Source: Escherichia coli (lineage in GTDB: Bacteria > Pseudomonadota > Gammaproteobacteria > Enterobacterales > Enterobacteriaceae). From it: a stretch of 64,000 nucleotides of DNA. Below the pieces are notes generated by a model. The model saw nothing but the letters and a program-made list of their open reading frames with translations. It was not told the origin of the DNA and searched no databases. Position 1 is the stretch's first letter, and every line of letters starts with the position of its first letter. The position numbers and the translations under genes are program-made. The stretch lies in NCBI RefSeq assembly GCF_024502345.1, contig NZ_JALDNN010000001.1; one strand, 5' to 3'. Shown here in pieces: positions 19,374-32,940 of the stretch.

Positions 19374-21560
19374 ATGTCCGATCGTATCGATAGAGACGTG
19401 ATTAACGCGCTAATTGCAGGCCATTTTGCGGATCCTTTTTCCGTACTGGGAATGCATAAAACCACCGCGGGACTGGAAGTCCGTGCCCTTTTACCCGACG
19501 CTACCGATGTGTGGGTGATTGAACCGAAAACCGGGCGCAAACTCGCAAAACTGGAGTGTCTCGACTCACGGGGATTCTTTAGCGGCGTCATTCCGCGACG
19601 TAAGAATTTTTTCCGCTATCAGTTGGCTGTTGTCTGGCATGGTCAGCAAAACCTGATTGATGATCCTTACCGTTTTGGTCCGCTAATCCAGGAAATGGAT
19701 GCCTGGCTATTATCTGAAGGTACTCACCTGCGCCCGTATGAAACCTTAGGCGCGCATGCAGATACTATGGATGGCGTCACAGGTACGCGTTTCTCTGTCT
19801 GGGCTCCAAACGCCCGTCGGGTCTCGGTGGTTGGGCAATTCAACTACTGGGACGGTCGCCGTCACCCGATGCGCCTGCGTAAAGAGAGCGGCATCTGGGA
19901 ACTGTTTATCCCTGGGGCGCATAACGGTCAGCTCTATAAATACGAGATCATTGATGCCAATGGCAACTTGCGTCTGAAGTCCGACCCTTATGCCTTCGAA
20001 GCGCAAATGCGCCCGGAAACCGCGTCTCTTATTTGCGGGCTGCCGGAAAAGGTTGTACAGACTGAAGAGCGCAAAAAAGCGAATCAGTTTGATGCGCCAA
20101 TCTCTATTTATGAAGTTCACCTGGGTTCCTGGCGTCGCCACACCGACAACAATTTCTGGTTGAGCTACCGCGAGCTGGCCGATCAACTGGTGCCTTATGC
20201 TAAATGGATGGGCTTTACCCACCTCGAACTACTGCCCATTAACGAGCATCCCTTCGATGGCAGTTGGGGTTATCAGCCAACCGGCCTGTATGCACCAACC
20301 CGCCGTTTTGGTACTCGCGACGACTTCCGTTATTTCATTGATGCCGCACACGCAGCTGGTCTGAACGTGATTCTCGACTGGGTGCCAGGCCACTTCCCGA
20401 CTGATGACTTTGCGCTTGCCGAATTTGATGGCACGAACTTGTATGAACACAGCGATCCGCGTGAAGGCTATCATCAGGACTGGAACACGCTGATCTACAA
20501 CTATGGTCGCCGTGAAGTCAGTAACTTCCTCGTCGGTAACGCGCTTTACTGGATTGAACGTTTTGGTATTGATGCGCTGCGCGTCGATGCGGTGGCGTCA
20601 ATGATTTATCGCGACTACAGCCGTAAAGAGGGGGAGTGGATCCCGAACGAATTTGGCGGGCGCGAGAATCTTGAAGCGATTGAATTCTTGCGTAATACCA
20701 ACCGTATTCTTGGTGAGCAGGTTTCCGGTGCGGTGACAATGGCTGAGGAGTCTACCGATTTCCCTGGCGTTTCTCGTCCGCAGGATATGGGCGGTCTGGG
20801 CTTCTGGTACAAGTGGAACCTCGGCTGGATGCATGACACCCTGGACTACATGAAGCTCGACCCGGTTTATCGTCAGTATCATCACGATAAACTGACCTTC
20901 GGGATTCTCTACAACTACACTGAAAACTTCGTCCTGCCGTTGTCGCATGATGAAGTGGTCCACGGTAAAAAATCGATTCTCGACCGCATGCCGGGCGACG
21001 CATGGCAGAAATTCGCGAACCTGCGCGCCTACTATGGCTGGATGTGGGCATTCCCGGGCAAGAAACTGCTGTTCATGGGGAACGAATTTGCCCAGGGCCG
21101 CGAGTGGAACCATGACGCCAGCCTCGACTGGCATCTGTTGGAAGGCGGCGATAACTGGCACCACGGTGTCCAGCGTCTGGTGCGCGATCTGAACCTCACC
21201 TACCGCCACCATAAAGCGATGCATGAACTGGATTTTGACCCGTACGGCTTTGAATGGCTGGTGGTGGATGACAAAGAACGCTCGGTGCTGATCTTTGTGC
21301 GTCGCGATAAAGAGGGTAACGAAATCATCGTTGCCAGTAACTTTACGCCGGTGCCGCGTCATGATTATCGCTTCGGCATTAATCAGCCAGGCAAATGGCG
21401 TGAGATCCTCAATACCGATTCCATGCACTATCACGGCAGTAATGCAGGTAATGGCGGCACGGTACACAGTGATGAGATTGCCAGCCACGGTCGTCAGCAT
21501 TCACTAAGCCTGACACTACCACCGCTGGCCACTATCTGGCTGGTTCGGGAGGCAGAATGA
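19374..21560 (+). CDS. glgB: 1,4-alpha-glucan branching enzyme
   Basis: 728-aa ORF; recalled GlgB sequence; first gene of glgBXCAP. Confidence 0.95.
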   Translation: MSDRIDRDVINALIAGHFADPFSVLGMHKTTAGLEVRALLPDATDVWVIEPKTGRKLAKLECLDSRGFFSGVIPRRKNFFRYQLAVVWHGQQNLIDDPYRFGPLIQEMDAWLLSEGTHLRPYETLGAHADTMDGVTGTRFSVWAPNARRVSVVGQFNYWDGRRHPMRLRKESGIWELFIPGAHNGQLYKYEIIDANGNLRLKSDPYAFEAQMRPETASLICGLPEKVVQTEERKKANQFDAPISIYEVHLGSWRRHTDNNFWLSYRELADQLVPYAKWMGFTHLELLPINEHPFDGSWGYQPTGLYAPTRRFGTRDDFRYFIDAAHAAGLNVILDWVPGHFPTDDFALAEFDGTNLYEHSDPREGYHQDWNTLIYNYGRREVSNFLVGNALYWIERFGIDALRVDAVASMIYRDYSRKEGEWIPNEFGGRENLEAIEFLRNTNRILGEQVSGAVTMAEESTDFPGVSRPQDMGGLGFWYKWNLGWMHDTLDYMKLDPVYRQYHHDKLTFGILYNYTENFVLPLSHDEVVHGKKSILDRMPGDAWQKFANLRAYYGWMWAFPGKKLLFMGNEFAQGREWNHDASLDWHLLEGGDNWHHGVQRLVRDLNLTYRHHKAMHELDFDPYGFEWLVVDDKERSVLIFVRRDKEGNEIIVASNFTPVPRHDYRFGINQPGKWREILNTDSMHYHGSNAGNGGTVHSDEIASHGRQHSLSLTLPPLATIWLVREAE

Positions 21561-23530
21561 CACAACTCGCCATTGGCAAACCCGCTCCCCTCGGCGCGCA
21601 TTACGACGGTCAGGGCGTCAACTTCACACTTTTCTCCGCTCATGCCGAGCGGGTAGAGCTGTGTGTCTTTGACGCTAATGGCCAGGAACATCGCTATGAC
21701 TTGCCAGGGCACAGTGGCGACATTTGGCATGGTTATCTGCCGGATGCGCGCCCGGGTTTGCGTTATGGTTATCGCGTTCATGGCCCCTGGCAACCTGCCG
21801 AGGGGCATCGCTTTAACCCGGCGAAGTTGTTGATTGATCCTTGCGCGCGGCAAATTGACGGGGAGTTTAAAGATAACCCGCTGCTGCACGCCGGTCATAA
21901 TGAACCTGACTATCGCGACAACGCCGCCATTGCGCCGAAATGCGTAGTGGTGGTTGATCACTATGACTGGGAAGATGATGCCCCGCCGCGCACGCCGTGG
22001 GGCAGCACCATCATTTATGAAGCCCATGTCAAAGGATTAACGTACCTGCACCCGGAGATCCCGGTCGAGATCCGTGGCACTTATAAAGCCCTCGGGCATC
22101 CGGTGATGATCAACTATTTGAAACAGTTGGGCATTACCGCGCTGGAACTGCTGCCAGTGGCGCAGTTTGCCAGTGAACCACGTCTGCAACGCATGGGGCT
22201 AAGTAACTACTGGGGTTACAACCCGGTGGCGATGTTTGCGCTGCATCCGGCGTATGCCTGCTCGCCAGAAACGGCGCTGCATGAGTTTCGCGATGCAATC
22301 AAAGCACTGCATAAAGCGGGTATCGAAGTCATTCTTGATATCGTGCTCAACCATAGTGCGGAACTGGACCTCGACGGCCCGTTATTCTCGCTGCGTGGGA
22401 TCGACAACCGTAGCTATTATTGGATAAGAGAAGACGGCGATTATCACAACTGGACCGGTTGTGGCAACACGCTCAATTTGAGTCACCCGGCGGTGGTGGA
22501 TTATGCCAGCGCCTGCCTGCGTTATTGGGTAGAAACCTGCCACGTCGATGGTTTCCGCTTTGATCTGGCGGCAGTCATGGGCCGTACGCCAGAGTTCCGT
22601 CAGGATGCGCCGTTGTTTACCGCTATCCAGAACTGCCCGGTGCTCTCGCAGGTGAAGTTAATTGCTGAACCGTGGGATATCGCTCCTGGTGGTTATCAGG
22701 TGGGAAATTTCCCGCCGCTGTTTGCCGAGTGGAACGATCATTTCCGCGATGCTGCCCGTCGTTTCTGGCTGCATTATGATTTGCCTCTGGGGGCGTTTGC
22801 CGGGCGTTTTGCTGCCTCCAGCGATGTTTTTAAACGTAATGGTCGTCTGCCGAGTGCCGCGATTAATCTCGTCACCGCACATGACGGTTTTACGCTTCGC
22901 GACTGCGTTTGCTTCAACCATAAACACAATGAAGCAAACGGAGAAGAAAATCGCGACGGGACCAACAACAATTACAGTAACAATCATGGTAAAGAAGGGT
23001 TAGGCGGTACTCTTGATCTGGTTGAACGGCGGCGCGACAGCATTCATGCCCTGTTAACAACGTTGTTGCTCTCCCAGGGCACGCCGATGTTACTGGCCGG
23101 TGACGAACATGGTCACAGCCAGCATGGCAATAACAATGCCTACTGTCAGGATAACCAATTAACCTGGTTGGACTGGTCGCAGGCAAGCAGTGGTTTAACC
23201 GCATTTACCGCCGCGTTAATCCATCTGCGCAAGCGTATTCCCGCTTTGGTGGAGAATCGCTGGTGGGAAGAAGGCGACGGCAATGTCCGTTGGCTAAATC
23301 GATATGCTCAACCTTTAAGCACGGATGAGTGGCAAAACGGGCCGAAACAGCTGCAAATTCTGCTCTCGGATCGCTTTTTGATCGCAATTAACGCCACGCT
23401 TGAGGTAACAGAGATTGTTTTACCTGCTGGGGAGTGGCACGCCATTCCCCCATTCGCTGGAGAGGATAACCCAGTGATTACGGCTGTCTGGCAGGGACCT
23501 GCACACGGATTGTGTGTGTTCCAGAGATGA
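21557..23530 (+). CDS. glgX: Glycogen debranching enzyme
   Basis: 657-aa ORF; ATGA overlap with the glgB stop. Confidence 0.95.
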
Positions 23531-23547
23531 TAAAAAAGGAGTTAGTC

Positions 23548-24843
23548 ATGGTTAGTTTAGAGAAGAACGATCACTTAATGTTGGCGCGCCAGCTGCCATT
23601 GAAATCTGTTGCCCTGATACTGGCGGGAGGACGTGGTACCCGCCTGAAGGATTTAACCAATAAGCGAGCAAAACCGGCCGTACACTTCGGCGGTAAGTTC
23701 CGCATTATCGACTTTGCGCTGTCTAACTGCATCAACTCCGGGATCCGTCGTATGGGCGTGATCACCCAGTACCAGTCCCACACTCTGGTGCAGCACATTC
23801 AGCGCGGCTGGTCATTCTTTAATGAAGAAATGAACGAGTTTGTCGATCTGCTGCCAGCGCAGCAGAGAATGAAAGGGGAAAACTGGTATCGCGGCACCGC
23901 AGATGCGGTCACCCAAAACCTCGATATTATCCGCCGTTATAAAGCGGAATACGTGGTGATCCTGGCGGGCGACCATATCTACAAGCAAGATTACTCGCGT
24001 ATGCTTATCGATCACGTCGAAAAAGGCGCACGTTGCACCGTTGCTTGTATGCCAGTACCGATTGAAGAAGCCTCCGCATTTGGCGTTATGGCGGTTGATG
24101 AGAACGATAAAATTATCGAATTCGTTGAAAAACCTGCTAACCCACCGTCAATGCCGAACGATCCGAGCAAATCTCTGGCGAGTATGGGTATCTACGTCTT
24201 TGACGCCGACTATCTGTATGAACTGCTGGAAGAAGACGATCGTGATGAGAACTCCAGCCACGACTTTGGCAAAGATTTGATTCCCAAGATCACCGAAGCC
24301 GGTCTGGCCTATGCGCACCCGTTCCCGCTCTCTTGCGTACAATCCGACCCGGATGCCGAGCCGTACTGGCGCGATGTGGGTACGCTGGAAGCTTACTGGA
24401 AAGCGAACCTCGATCTGGCCTCTGTGGTGCCGGAACTGGATATGTACGATCGCAATTGGCCAATTCGCACCTACAATGAATCATTACCGCCAGCGAAATT
24501 CGTGCAGGATCGCTCCGGTAGCCACGGGATGACCCTTAACTCACTGGTATCCGGCGGCTGTGTGATCTCCGGTTCGGTGGTGGTGCAGTCCGTTCTGTTC
24601 TCGCGCGTTCGCGTGAATTCATTCTGCAACATTGATTCCGCCGTATTGTTACCGGAAGTATGGGTAGGTCGCTCGTGCCGTCTGCGCCGCTGCGTCATCG
24701 ATCGTGCTTGTGTTATTCCGGAAGGCATGGTGATTGGTGAAAACGCAGAGGAAGATGCACGTCGTTTCTATCGTTCAGAAGAAGGCATCGTGCTGGTAAC
24801 GCGCGAAATGCTACGGAAGTTAGGGCATAAACAGGAGCGATAA
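23548..24843 (+). CDS. glgC: Glucose-1-phosphate adenylyltransferase
   Basis: ORF track 23512..24843; start set at ATG 23548 ([17 protein letters not shown]...), 431 aa. Confidence 0.95.
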
Positions 24844-26276
24844 TGCAGGTTTTACATGTATGTTCAGAGATGTTCCCGCTGCTTAAAACCGGCGGTCTGG
24901 CTGATGTTATTGGGGCATTACCCGCAGCACAAATCGCAGACGGCGTTGACGCTCGCGTACTGTTGCCTGCATTTCCCGATATTCGCCGTGGCGTGACCGA
25001 TGTGCAGGTAGTATCCCGTCGTGATACCTTCGCCGGACATATCACGCTGTTGTTCGGTCATTACAACGGGGTTGGCATATACCTGATTGACGCGCCGCAT
25101 CTCTATGATCGTCCGGGAAGCCCGTATCACGATACCAACTTATTTGCCTATACCGACAACGTATTGCGTTTTGCGCTGCTGGGGTGGGTTGGGGCAGAAA
25201 TGGCCAGCGGGCTTGACCCATTCTGGCGTCCTGATGTGGTGCATGCGCACGACTGGCATGCAGGCCTTGCGCCTGCGTATCTGGCGGCGCGCGGGCGTCC
25301 GGCGAAGTCGGTGTTTACTGTGCACAACTTGGCCTATCAAGGCATGTTTTATGCACATCACATGAATGACATCCAATTGCCATGGTCATTCTTTAATATT
25401 CATGGGCTGGAATTCAACGGACAAATCTCTTTCCTGAAGGCCGGTCTGTACTATGCCGATCACATTACGGCGGTCAGTCCAACCTACGCTCGCGAGATCA
25501 CCGAACCGCAGTTTGCCTACGGTATGGAAGGTCTGTTGCAACAGCGTCACCGTGAAGGGCGTCTTTCCGGCGTACTGAACGGCGTGGACGAGAAAATCTG
25601 GAGTCCAGAGACGGACTTACTGTTGGCCTCGCGTTACACCCGCGATACGTTGGAAGATAAAGCGGAAAATAAGCGCCAGTTACAAATCGCAATGGGGCTT
25701 AAGGTTGACGATAAAGTGCCGCTTTTTGCAGTGGTGAGCCGTCTGACCAGCCAGAAAGGTCTCGACCTGGTGCTGGAAGCCTTACCGGGTCTTCTGGAGC
25801 AGGGCGGGCAGCTGGCGCTACTCGGCGCGGGTGATCCGGTGCTGCAGGAAGGTTTCCTTGCGGCGGCAGCGGAATACCCCGGCCAGGTGGGCGTTCAGAT
25901 TGGCTATCACGAAGCATTTTCGCATCGCATTATGGGCGGCGCGGACGTCATTCTGGTGCCCAGCCGTTTTGAACCGTGCGGCTTAACGCAACTTTATGGA
26001 TTGAAGTACGGTACGCTGCCGTTAGTGCGGCGCACCGGTGGGCTTGCTGATACGGTTTCTGACTGTTCTCTTGAGAACCTTGCAGATGGCGTCGCCAGTG
26101 GGTTTGTCTTTGAAGATAGTAATGCCTGGTCGCTGTTACGGGCTATTCGACGTGCTTTTGTACTGTGGTCCCGTCCTTCACTGTGGCGGTTTGTGCAACG
26201 TCAGGCTATGGCAATGGATTTTAGCTGGCAGGTCGCGGCGAAGTCGTACCGTGAGCTTTACTATCGCTTGAAATAG
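24843..26276 (+). CDS. glgA: Glycogen synthase
   Basis: 477-aa ORF; its ATG overlaps the glgC TAA by 1 nt (TAATG). Confidence 0.95.
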   Translation: MQVLHVCSEMFPLLKTGGLADVIGALPAAQIADGVDARVLLPAFPDIRRGVTDVQVVSRRDTFAGHITLLFGHYNGVGIYLIDAPHLYDRPGSPYHDTNLFAYTDNVLRFALLGWVGAEMASGLDPFWRPDVVHAHDWHAGLAPAYLAARGRPAKSVFTVHNLAYQGMFYAHHMNDIQLPWSFFNIHGLEFNGQISFLKAGLYYADHITAVSPTYAREITEPQFAYGMEGLLQQRHREGRLSGVLNGVDEKIWSPETDLLLASRYTRDTLEDKAENKRQLQIAMGLKVDDKVPLFAVVSRLTSQKGLDLVLEALPGLLEQGGQLALLGAGDPVLQEGFLAAAAEYPGQVGVQIGYHEAFSHRIMGGADVILVPSRFEPCGLTQLYGLKYGTLPLVRRTGGLADTVSDCSLENLADGVASGFVFEDSNAWSLLRAIRRAFVLWSRPSLWRFVQRQAMAMDFSWQVAAKSYRELYYRLK

Positions 26277-28742
<2,466 letters not shown>

Positions 28743-28758
28743 GTTCACCAATAAATAG

Positions 28759-28785
28759 AACGGGGCCAAAGGGTCCCGTTTTTTT
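28759..28785 (+). terminator. Rho-independent terminator after glgP
   Basis: 9-bp stem (aacggggcc / ggtcccgtt, one G-U pair) followed by a 7-T run. Confidence 0.7.
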
Positions 28786-28835
28786 CCGCCATCATTTCGG
28801 AAAAGTGTCCAGAAGGGGCAAGGGGACTCGGGGAG

Positions 28836-28841
28836 TATAAT
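28836..28841 (+). promoter_or_regulatory. Candidate -10 hexamer (TATAAT) upstream of the first islet gene
   Basis: Perfect tataat about 18 nt upstream of ATG 28859; no convincing -35. Speculative. Confidence 0.2.
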
Positions 28842-28858
28842 TTCACCATTCAAAAAGA

Positions 28859-30376
28859 ATGGAAAGAATAATGCAAAACAGAAAATGGATTTTGTCCTCG
28901 CTGGTAATGACTTTTTTCGGCATCCCCATACTGACGCAATTTTTGGCGGCGGTTGTTGCTATGCTGGGTGTCGGACTTGCCGGTATTATTGAAGTTTGTA
29001 ATATCCTTATCACGCCAACAAGTTACCTTCTGCTCAACATTTTTATGCTGGCGCTGGGCGCATTAATGCTATTTTTCTCGGGGCGAGTATGGGCAGGCGA
29101 TAGTGCACCAGAAAAAAGAGAAATAGCCGTCTGGCGACAATGTCTTTTTTTAGTACCCGGTTTATTAATCCTGGTTGGCTGGATAATCGCGCTGCATCTG
29201 GCAGATTATCAATTTCACCAGATGGGATCGGGTTGGTTGGCTGATCTTATGCTCCCCTGGCTGGGCGTTTTGTTAGTCTCAGTAGTCGGAGGTGAGTACT
29301 GGTGGATAGTCATTATACCCGTTGGCGCGCATATCAGTTTTTCGCTGGGGTACGGCCGGCCAACCAGACATCCTTTAACCGGTACATCCGGGCTACGTTG
29401 CCGTAATTCCCTCCTGTTTATCCTTCTCATGCTTGGTTTTGTCGCTGGTTATCAGGGTTATTTATATAAACAGCTCAATCCCGGCGTCGGTGTGCGCGAA
29501 AATATTGATACCTGGGCCTGGCGACCCGATAAACTCAATAATCAACTGACACCACTGCGTGGTAAACCGCAAATTCAGTTTACGCAAAACTGGCCGCGAC
29601 TCGATGGTGCTACGGCGGCGTACCCAATTTATGCCTCTGCATTTTATGCTTTAAGCGTTATACCGGAAGATTTTCACACCAGGGAATATCTGGAGAGCTC
29701 TCGTACCCCCGATGCGTATAACAGGATTGTTAAAGGTGATGCTGATAGTATTTTTGTGGCGCAACCTTCCGGTGGGCAGAAAAAACGCGCTGAGGAATCG
29801 GGCGTTACTTTGCTGTACACGCCTTTTGCCCGTGAAGCGTTTGTTTTCATCGTCAATGCGGATAATCCGGTTAATTCCCTGACTGAACAACAGGTGCGTG
29901 ACATCTTCAGTGGTGCAATTACCAACTGGCGTACTGTTGGCGGTAACGATCAGGAGATCCAGACCTGGCAACGCCCGGAAGACTCTGGTAGCCAGACGGT
30001 GATGCAATCCCAGGTCATGAAAAATGTCCGCATGATCTCGCCGCAGGAAACAGAAGTGGCAAGTATGATGGAGGGAATGATTAAAGTCGTTGCCGAATAC
30101 CGTAATACAAACAACTCAATAGGTTACACCTTCCGTTATTACGCAACACAAATGAACGCCGATAAAAATATAAAACTGCTAGCGATTAACGGTATTGCAC
30201 CGACTGCCGAAAACATTCGCAACGGCAAATATCCCTATATCGTCGATGCCTTTATGGTAACGCGGGAAAATACGATGTCAGAGACACAAAAATTGTTGGA
30301 GTGGTTTTTAACGCCGCAGGGACAGAGTTTGGTGGAAGATGTAGGTTATGTCCCGATGTATAAGACGCTACCTTAA
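28859..30376 (+). CDS. Membrane-anchored protein: N-terminal polytopic domain fused to a C-terminal PstS-fold periplasmic-binding-protein-like domain; function unknown
   Basis: 505 aa. Residues 1 to about 190 contain several hydrophobic helices. The C-terminal half carries PstS-family motifs (LTEQQVRDIFSGAITNWRTVGG; RPEDSGSQ; IGYTFRYY; LLAINGIAPTAENIRNGKYPY; VGYVPMY). Alternative start ATG 28871. As I recall, K-12 keeps only a short pseudogene remnant (yzgL) at this position. Confidence 0.8.
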   Translation: MERIMQNRKWILSSLVMTFFGIPILTQFLAAVVAMLGVGLAGIIEVCNILITPTSYLLLNIFMLALGALMLFFSGRVWAGDSAPEKREIAVWRQCLFLVPGLLILVGWIIALHLADYQFHQMGSGWLADLMLPWLGVLLVSVVGGEYWWIVIIPVGAHISFSLGYGRPTRHPLTGTSGLRCRNSLLFILLMLGFVAGYQGYLYKQLNPGVGVRENIDTWAWRPDKLNNQLTPLRGKPQIQFTQNWPRLDGATAAYPIYASAFYALSVIPEDFHTREYLESSRTPDAYNRIVKGDADSIFVAQPSGGQKKRAEESGVTLLYTPFAREAFVFIVNADNPVNSLTEQQVRDIFSGAITNWRTVGGNDQEIQTWQRPEDSGSQTVMQSQVMKNVRMISPQETEVASMMEGMIKVVAEYRNTNNSIGYTFRYYATQMNADKNIKLLAINGIAPTAENIRNGKYPYIVDAFMVTRENTMSETQKLLEWFLTPQGQSLVEDVGYVPMYKTLP

Positions 30377-30460
30377 AGCTGGATAATAAAAATGGAATTA
30401 GTTAATACATTATTTGCAAGCCTTGCCGGTACTGATCCCTTCACAGGCGTGGATATTACG

Positions 30461-30469
30461 ATTGCCAAC
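30461..30469. repeat. 9-bp target-site duplication (left copy) attgccaac
   Basis: Identical to 31527..31535, directly flanking the IS termini. Confidence 0.85.
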
Positions 30470-30487
30470 GGCTTTGTTGAATAAATC
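30470..30487. repeat. IS903 terminal inverted repeat (18 bp)
   Basis: ggctttgttgaataaatc; exact reverse complement is found at 31509..31526. Confidence 0.9.
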
Positions 30488-30525
30488 AGATTTCGGGTAA
30501 GTCTCCCCCGTAGCGGGTTGTGTTT

Positions 30526-31449
30526 TCAGGCAATACGCACGCTTTCAGGCATACCTGCTTTCGTCATTTTGTTCAGCGCTCGTACCAGGGCCATAGCCTC
30601 TGCAACCTGACCATCGTAGTCACGCAGTGTCAGTGAACCCCCGAACAGCTGTTTTACCCGGTACATCGCCGTTTCCGCTATCGAGCGACGGTTGTAATCT
30701 GTTGTCCATTTCCACCGCGCATTACTCCCGGTCATTCGCTGATTAGCCACTGCACGGTTACGGTCTGCATATTCACCGGGCCAGTAACCCGCACCTTTTC
30801 GGGGAGGGATAAGCGCGCTGATTTTCTTACGCCGCAGTTCATCGTGACATAGCCGGGTATCGTAAGCGCCATCGGCGGCGGCTGACCTGATTTTCCGGTG
30901 GGTTTGCCGGATTAACCCGGGGAAGGCCTCTGAGTCCGTAACGTTGTTCAGCGACAGGTCAGCGCAGATGATTTCATGTGTTTTACTGTCAACGGCGAGA
31001 TGCAGCTTACGCCAGATACGGCGGCGTTCCTGGCCATGCTTTTTGACTTTCCACTCGCCTTCACCGAAGACCTTCAGCCCGGTGGAATCAATTACCAGGT
31101 GTGCGATTTCACCCCGGGTGGGCGTTTTGAAACTGACATTAACCGACTTTGCCCGCCTGCTGACACAGCTGTAATCCGGGCAGCGTAGCGGAACGTTCAT
31201 CAGAGAAAAAATGGAATCAATAAAGCCCTGCGCAGCGCGCAGGGTCAGCCTGAATACGCGTTTAATGACCAGCACAGTCGTGATGGCAAGGTCAGAATAG
31301 CGCTGAGGTCTGCCTCGTGAAGAAGGTGTTGCTGACTCATACCAGGCCTGAATAGCTTCATCATCCAGCCAGAAAGTTATGGAGCCACGGTTGATGAGGG
31401 CTTTATTGTAGGTGGGCCAGTTGGTGATTTTGAACTTTTGCTTTGCCAC
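30526..31449 (-). CDS. IS903 transposase (DDE, IS5 family)
   Basis: ORF track 30526..31494 (TTG); probable GTG start at 31449 giving 307 aa beginning MAKQKFKITNWPTYNKALINRGS..., which matches my recollection of the IS903 transposase; also ...LVIDSTGLKVFGEGEWKVKKHG.... Confidence 0.9.
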   Translation of the reverse strand: MAKQKFKITNWPTYNKALINRGSITFWLDDEAIQAWYESATPSSRGRPQRYSDLAITTVLVIKRVFRLTLRAAQGFIDSIFSLMNVPLRCPDYSCVSRRAKSVNVSFKTPTRGEIAHLVIDSTGLKVFGEGEWKVKKHGQERRRIWRKLHLAVDSKTHEIICADLSLNNVTDSEAFPGLIRQTHRKIRSAAADGAYDTRLCHDELRRKKISALIPPRKGAGYWPGEYADRNRAVANQRMTGSNARWKWTTDYNRRSIAETAMYRVKQLFGGSLTLRDYDGQVAEAMALVRALNKMTKAGMPESVRIA

Positions 31450-31508
31450 GGAACGGTCTGCGTTGTCGGGAAGATACGTGATCTGATCCTTCAACTCAGC
31501 AAAAGTTC

Positions 31509-31526
31509 GATTTATTCAACAAAGCC
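31509..31526. repeat. IS903 terminal inverted repeat (18 bp, other end)
   Basis: gatttattcaacaaagcc = reverse complement of 30470..30487. Confidence 0.9.
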
Positions 31527-31535
31527 ATTGCCAAC
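31527..31535. repeat. 9-bp target-site duplication (right copy) attgccaac
   Basis: Identical to 30461..30469. Confidence 0.85.
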
Positions 31536-32170
31536 TGCAAATCGGCATACTGGGATGAAGGCATTGTTCAGCAACTTATTAACCAGGCCCTGGATGAAGG
31601 GGAAAAGTTCGTCGGTGCTGACGGTCTTGAGGGATTGCTTCGATATGATGTCACATTAAATATTGGCTTAACCTCCAGCAAGGTATGGCCGGGATTTTCC
31701 CTCGATACCGCCACCATTAGCCGTCTTTGTGCCTGTGGTGCTGATTTTGGATTTGACCCCTATATCAGTGATGTACCAGATGTTCAATGTGACCTGAACA
31801 CGACAAATGACGTCACCGTACAATTTACGGCGATGCTAAATCCGGATGAGCGGGTGATAATAGCAAAGCGCCCGCTTAAAAAATGTGACTCCTGGATTGA
31901 GGATGTCTATATCTTTCAGGTCTTAAAAGATGCCTGGAAATTTCATAACAATAACAGTTTACGCGGATTTCGCGATAAGCAGGCCGAACTGAAACTCTAC
32001 ACGCGTCATTACTCAGTGGAAAATTGCGCAGAGGAAAGCTGTCGAGACTGCAATAGTTGCATTCGCCCCAGCTTTTCCCTTTCGCGTAGCGCCCTTATTC
32101 GCCTGAACGCGGCGAATGCTCGTTTTGTCTATCAACCGTTTACACGCGATCAGCGGGCGAGGGGGTAACT

Positions 32171-32938
32171 ATGCAACCCAGCCCTGCCATGCAGGCATTA
32201 ATTGAGCAGATTTATCACACCTTTCGTCGTTATCGGGTGCCGCAGAAATTTGTGGTTTGTTGTGAATATTGCCTGAGTCAGCAGGAACAAAAGGCATTAC
32301 GGAGTACATCGTTACGAGCGATCCCGTATTCCTTAATCAATGCCTGGAATAGTAGCCCAGGGCCTGATCCGCAAAATAGCGATGAGGTCCGCTATTTTCT
32401 GCCGCGTTTACTGGAATTTGTTGCACAGGGGCATTTTGACAATATTCACGTAGTTTTTTCTCTGCGCCGTATCAACCTTGCCAACAAAGAAAACTGGCGT
32501 GCGGATGAACGGGCAATTTTACAGCGATTTGCCTGCCAGTATATGACTGATTGGGTATCCGGCGATGAAGCTGTCGAATTACAGTATATGCTGGAAATGT
32601 TTTTCCGTGCCGATATCGCTCTTGCGCCATTGCTGGATGCCATTAATTCAGTTCCCGGCTTTTGGTCGACCGTTTCTCTTGCCTGTTTATTGAACAGATA
32701 TTGTGAGGATTATATCAGAGATAACCAGGACGATATCGATAACGCCATTACCACCCAAATCAATGCCTGGGCTAGAAATAATCATCCTTTACTGAAAGAA
32801 AGAGCGCGGCAAGCGATTGAGAACCCGCTAAAACAGCCCGAACCAATGACAGAATATCATGTCTGGGAAGATGACTGGATAATTGATGAGTGTTTATGCG
32901 CGATGTATGACGCATCATCCGAATCACCAGGAAAATAA
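32171..32938 (+). CDS. Third islet gene, hypothetical protein (255 aa), no recognisable motif
   Basis: ORF starts 2 nt after the stop of the preceding gene; soluble-looking; no family recognised by eye. Confidence 0.7.
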   Translation: MQPSPAMQALIEQIYHTFRRYRVPQKFVVCCEYCLSQQEQKALRSTSLRAIPYSLINAWNSSPGPDPQNSDEVRYFLPRLLEFVAQGHFDNIHVVFSLRRINLANKENWRADERAILQRFACQYMTDWVSGDEAVELQYMLEMFFRADIALAPLLDAINSVPGFWSTVSLACLLNRYCEDYIRDNQDDIDNAITTQINAWARNNHPLLKERARQAIENPLKQPEPMTEYHVWEDDWIIDECLCAMYDASSESPGK

Positions 32939-32940
32939 AA

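Larger units (their letters stand above)
30470..31526 (-). mobile_element. IS903-family insertion sequence (IS5 family, IS903 group), complete, 1057 bp
   Basis: Perfect 18-bp terminal inverted repeats ggctttgttgaataaatc (30470-30487 and reverse complement at 31509-31526). The 1057-bp length and a terminal sequence nearly identical to the IS903 end as I recall it (ggctttgttgaataaatcgaacttttgctgagttgaaggatcagatcacg...) support the call. Single transposase ORF; flanked by a perfect 9-bp direct repeat. Confidence 0.9.
30392..32168 (+). pseudogene. Second islet gene (Cys-rich protein of unknown function), split by IS903; segments 30392..30469 and 31536..32168
   Basis: ATG at 30392 (RBS ggataa) reads 26 codons (MELVNTLFASLAGTDPFTGVDITIAN) ending exactly at the target-site duplication. 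The frame resumes in phase after the IS and runs to a stop at 32166-32168. Removing the IS plus one duplication copy restores a 236-aa ORF. The ORF track shows only the distal part (31635..32168). Confidence 0.5.

Noticed and set aside
20598-21500. 300-aa antisense ORF inside glgB
   Set aside because: Entirely embedded opposite a well-supported conserved gene; typical spurious ORF in G+C-rich coding DNA. The same applies to 27738..28853 (inside glgP), 46058..47320 (malP/malQ), 12252..13157 (yhhX), 54953..55696 (feoB), 58514..59245 (yhgF), 61668..62318 (envZ), 33574..34194 (glpD) and 14553..14981 (gntR).
30393-30470. Possibility that the IS903 insertion is in the 5' UTR rather than in the coding sequence of the second islet gene
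   Set aside because: Not fully excluded, but disfavoured because the frame is continuous across the insertion point from an ATG with an RBS located 15 nt after the upstream stop, matching the tight spacing of the other islet genes.
31438-31659. 73-aa plus-strand ORF spanning the right IS903 end
   Set aside because: Artefact running from inside the IS into flanking DNA in a frame different from the disrupted gene; not a plausible gene.
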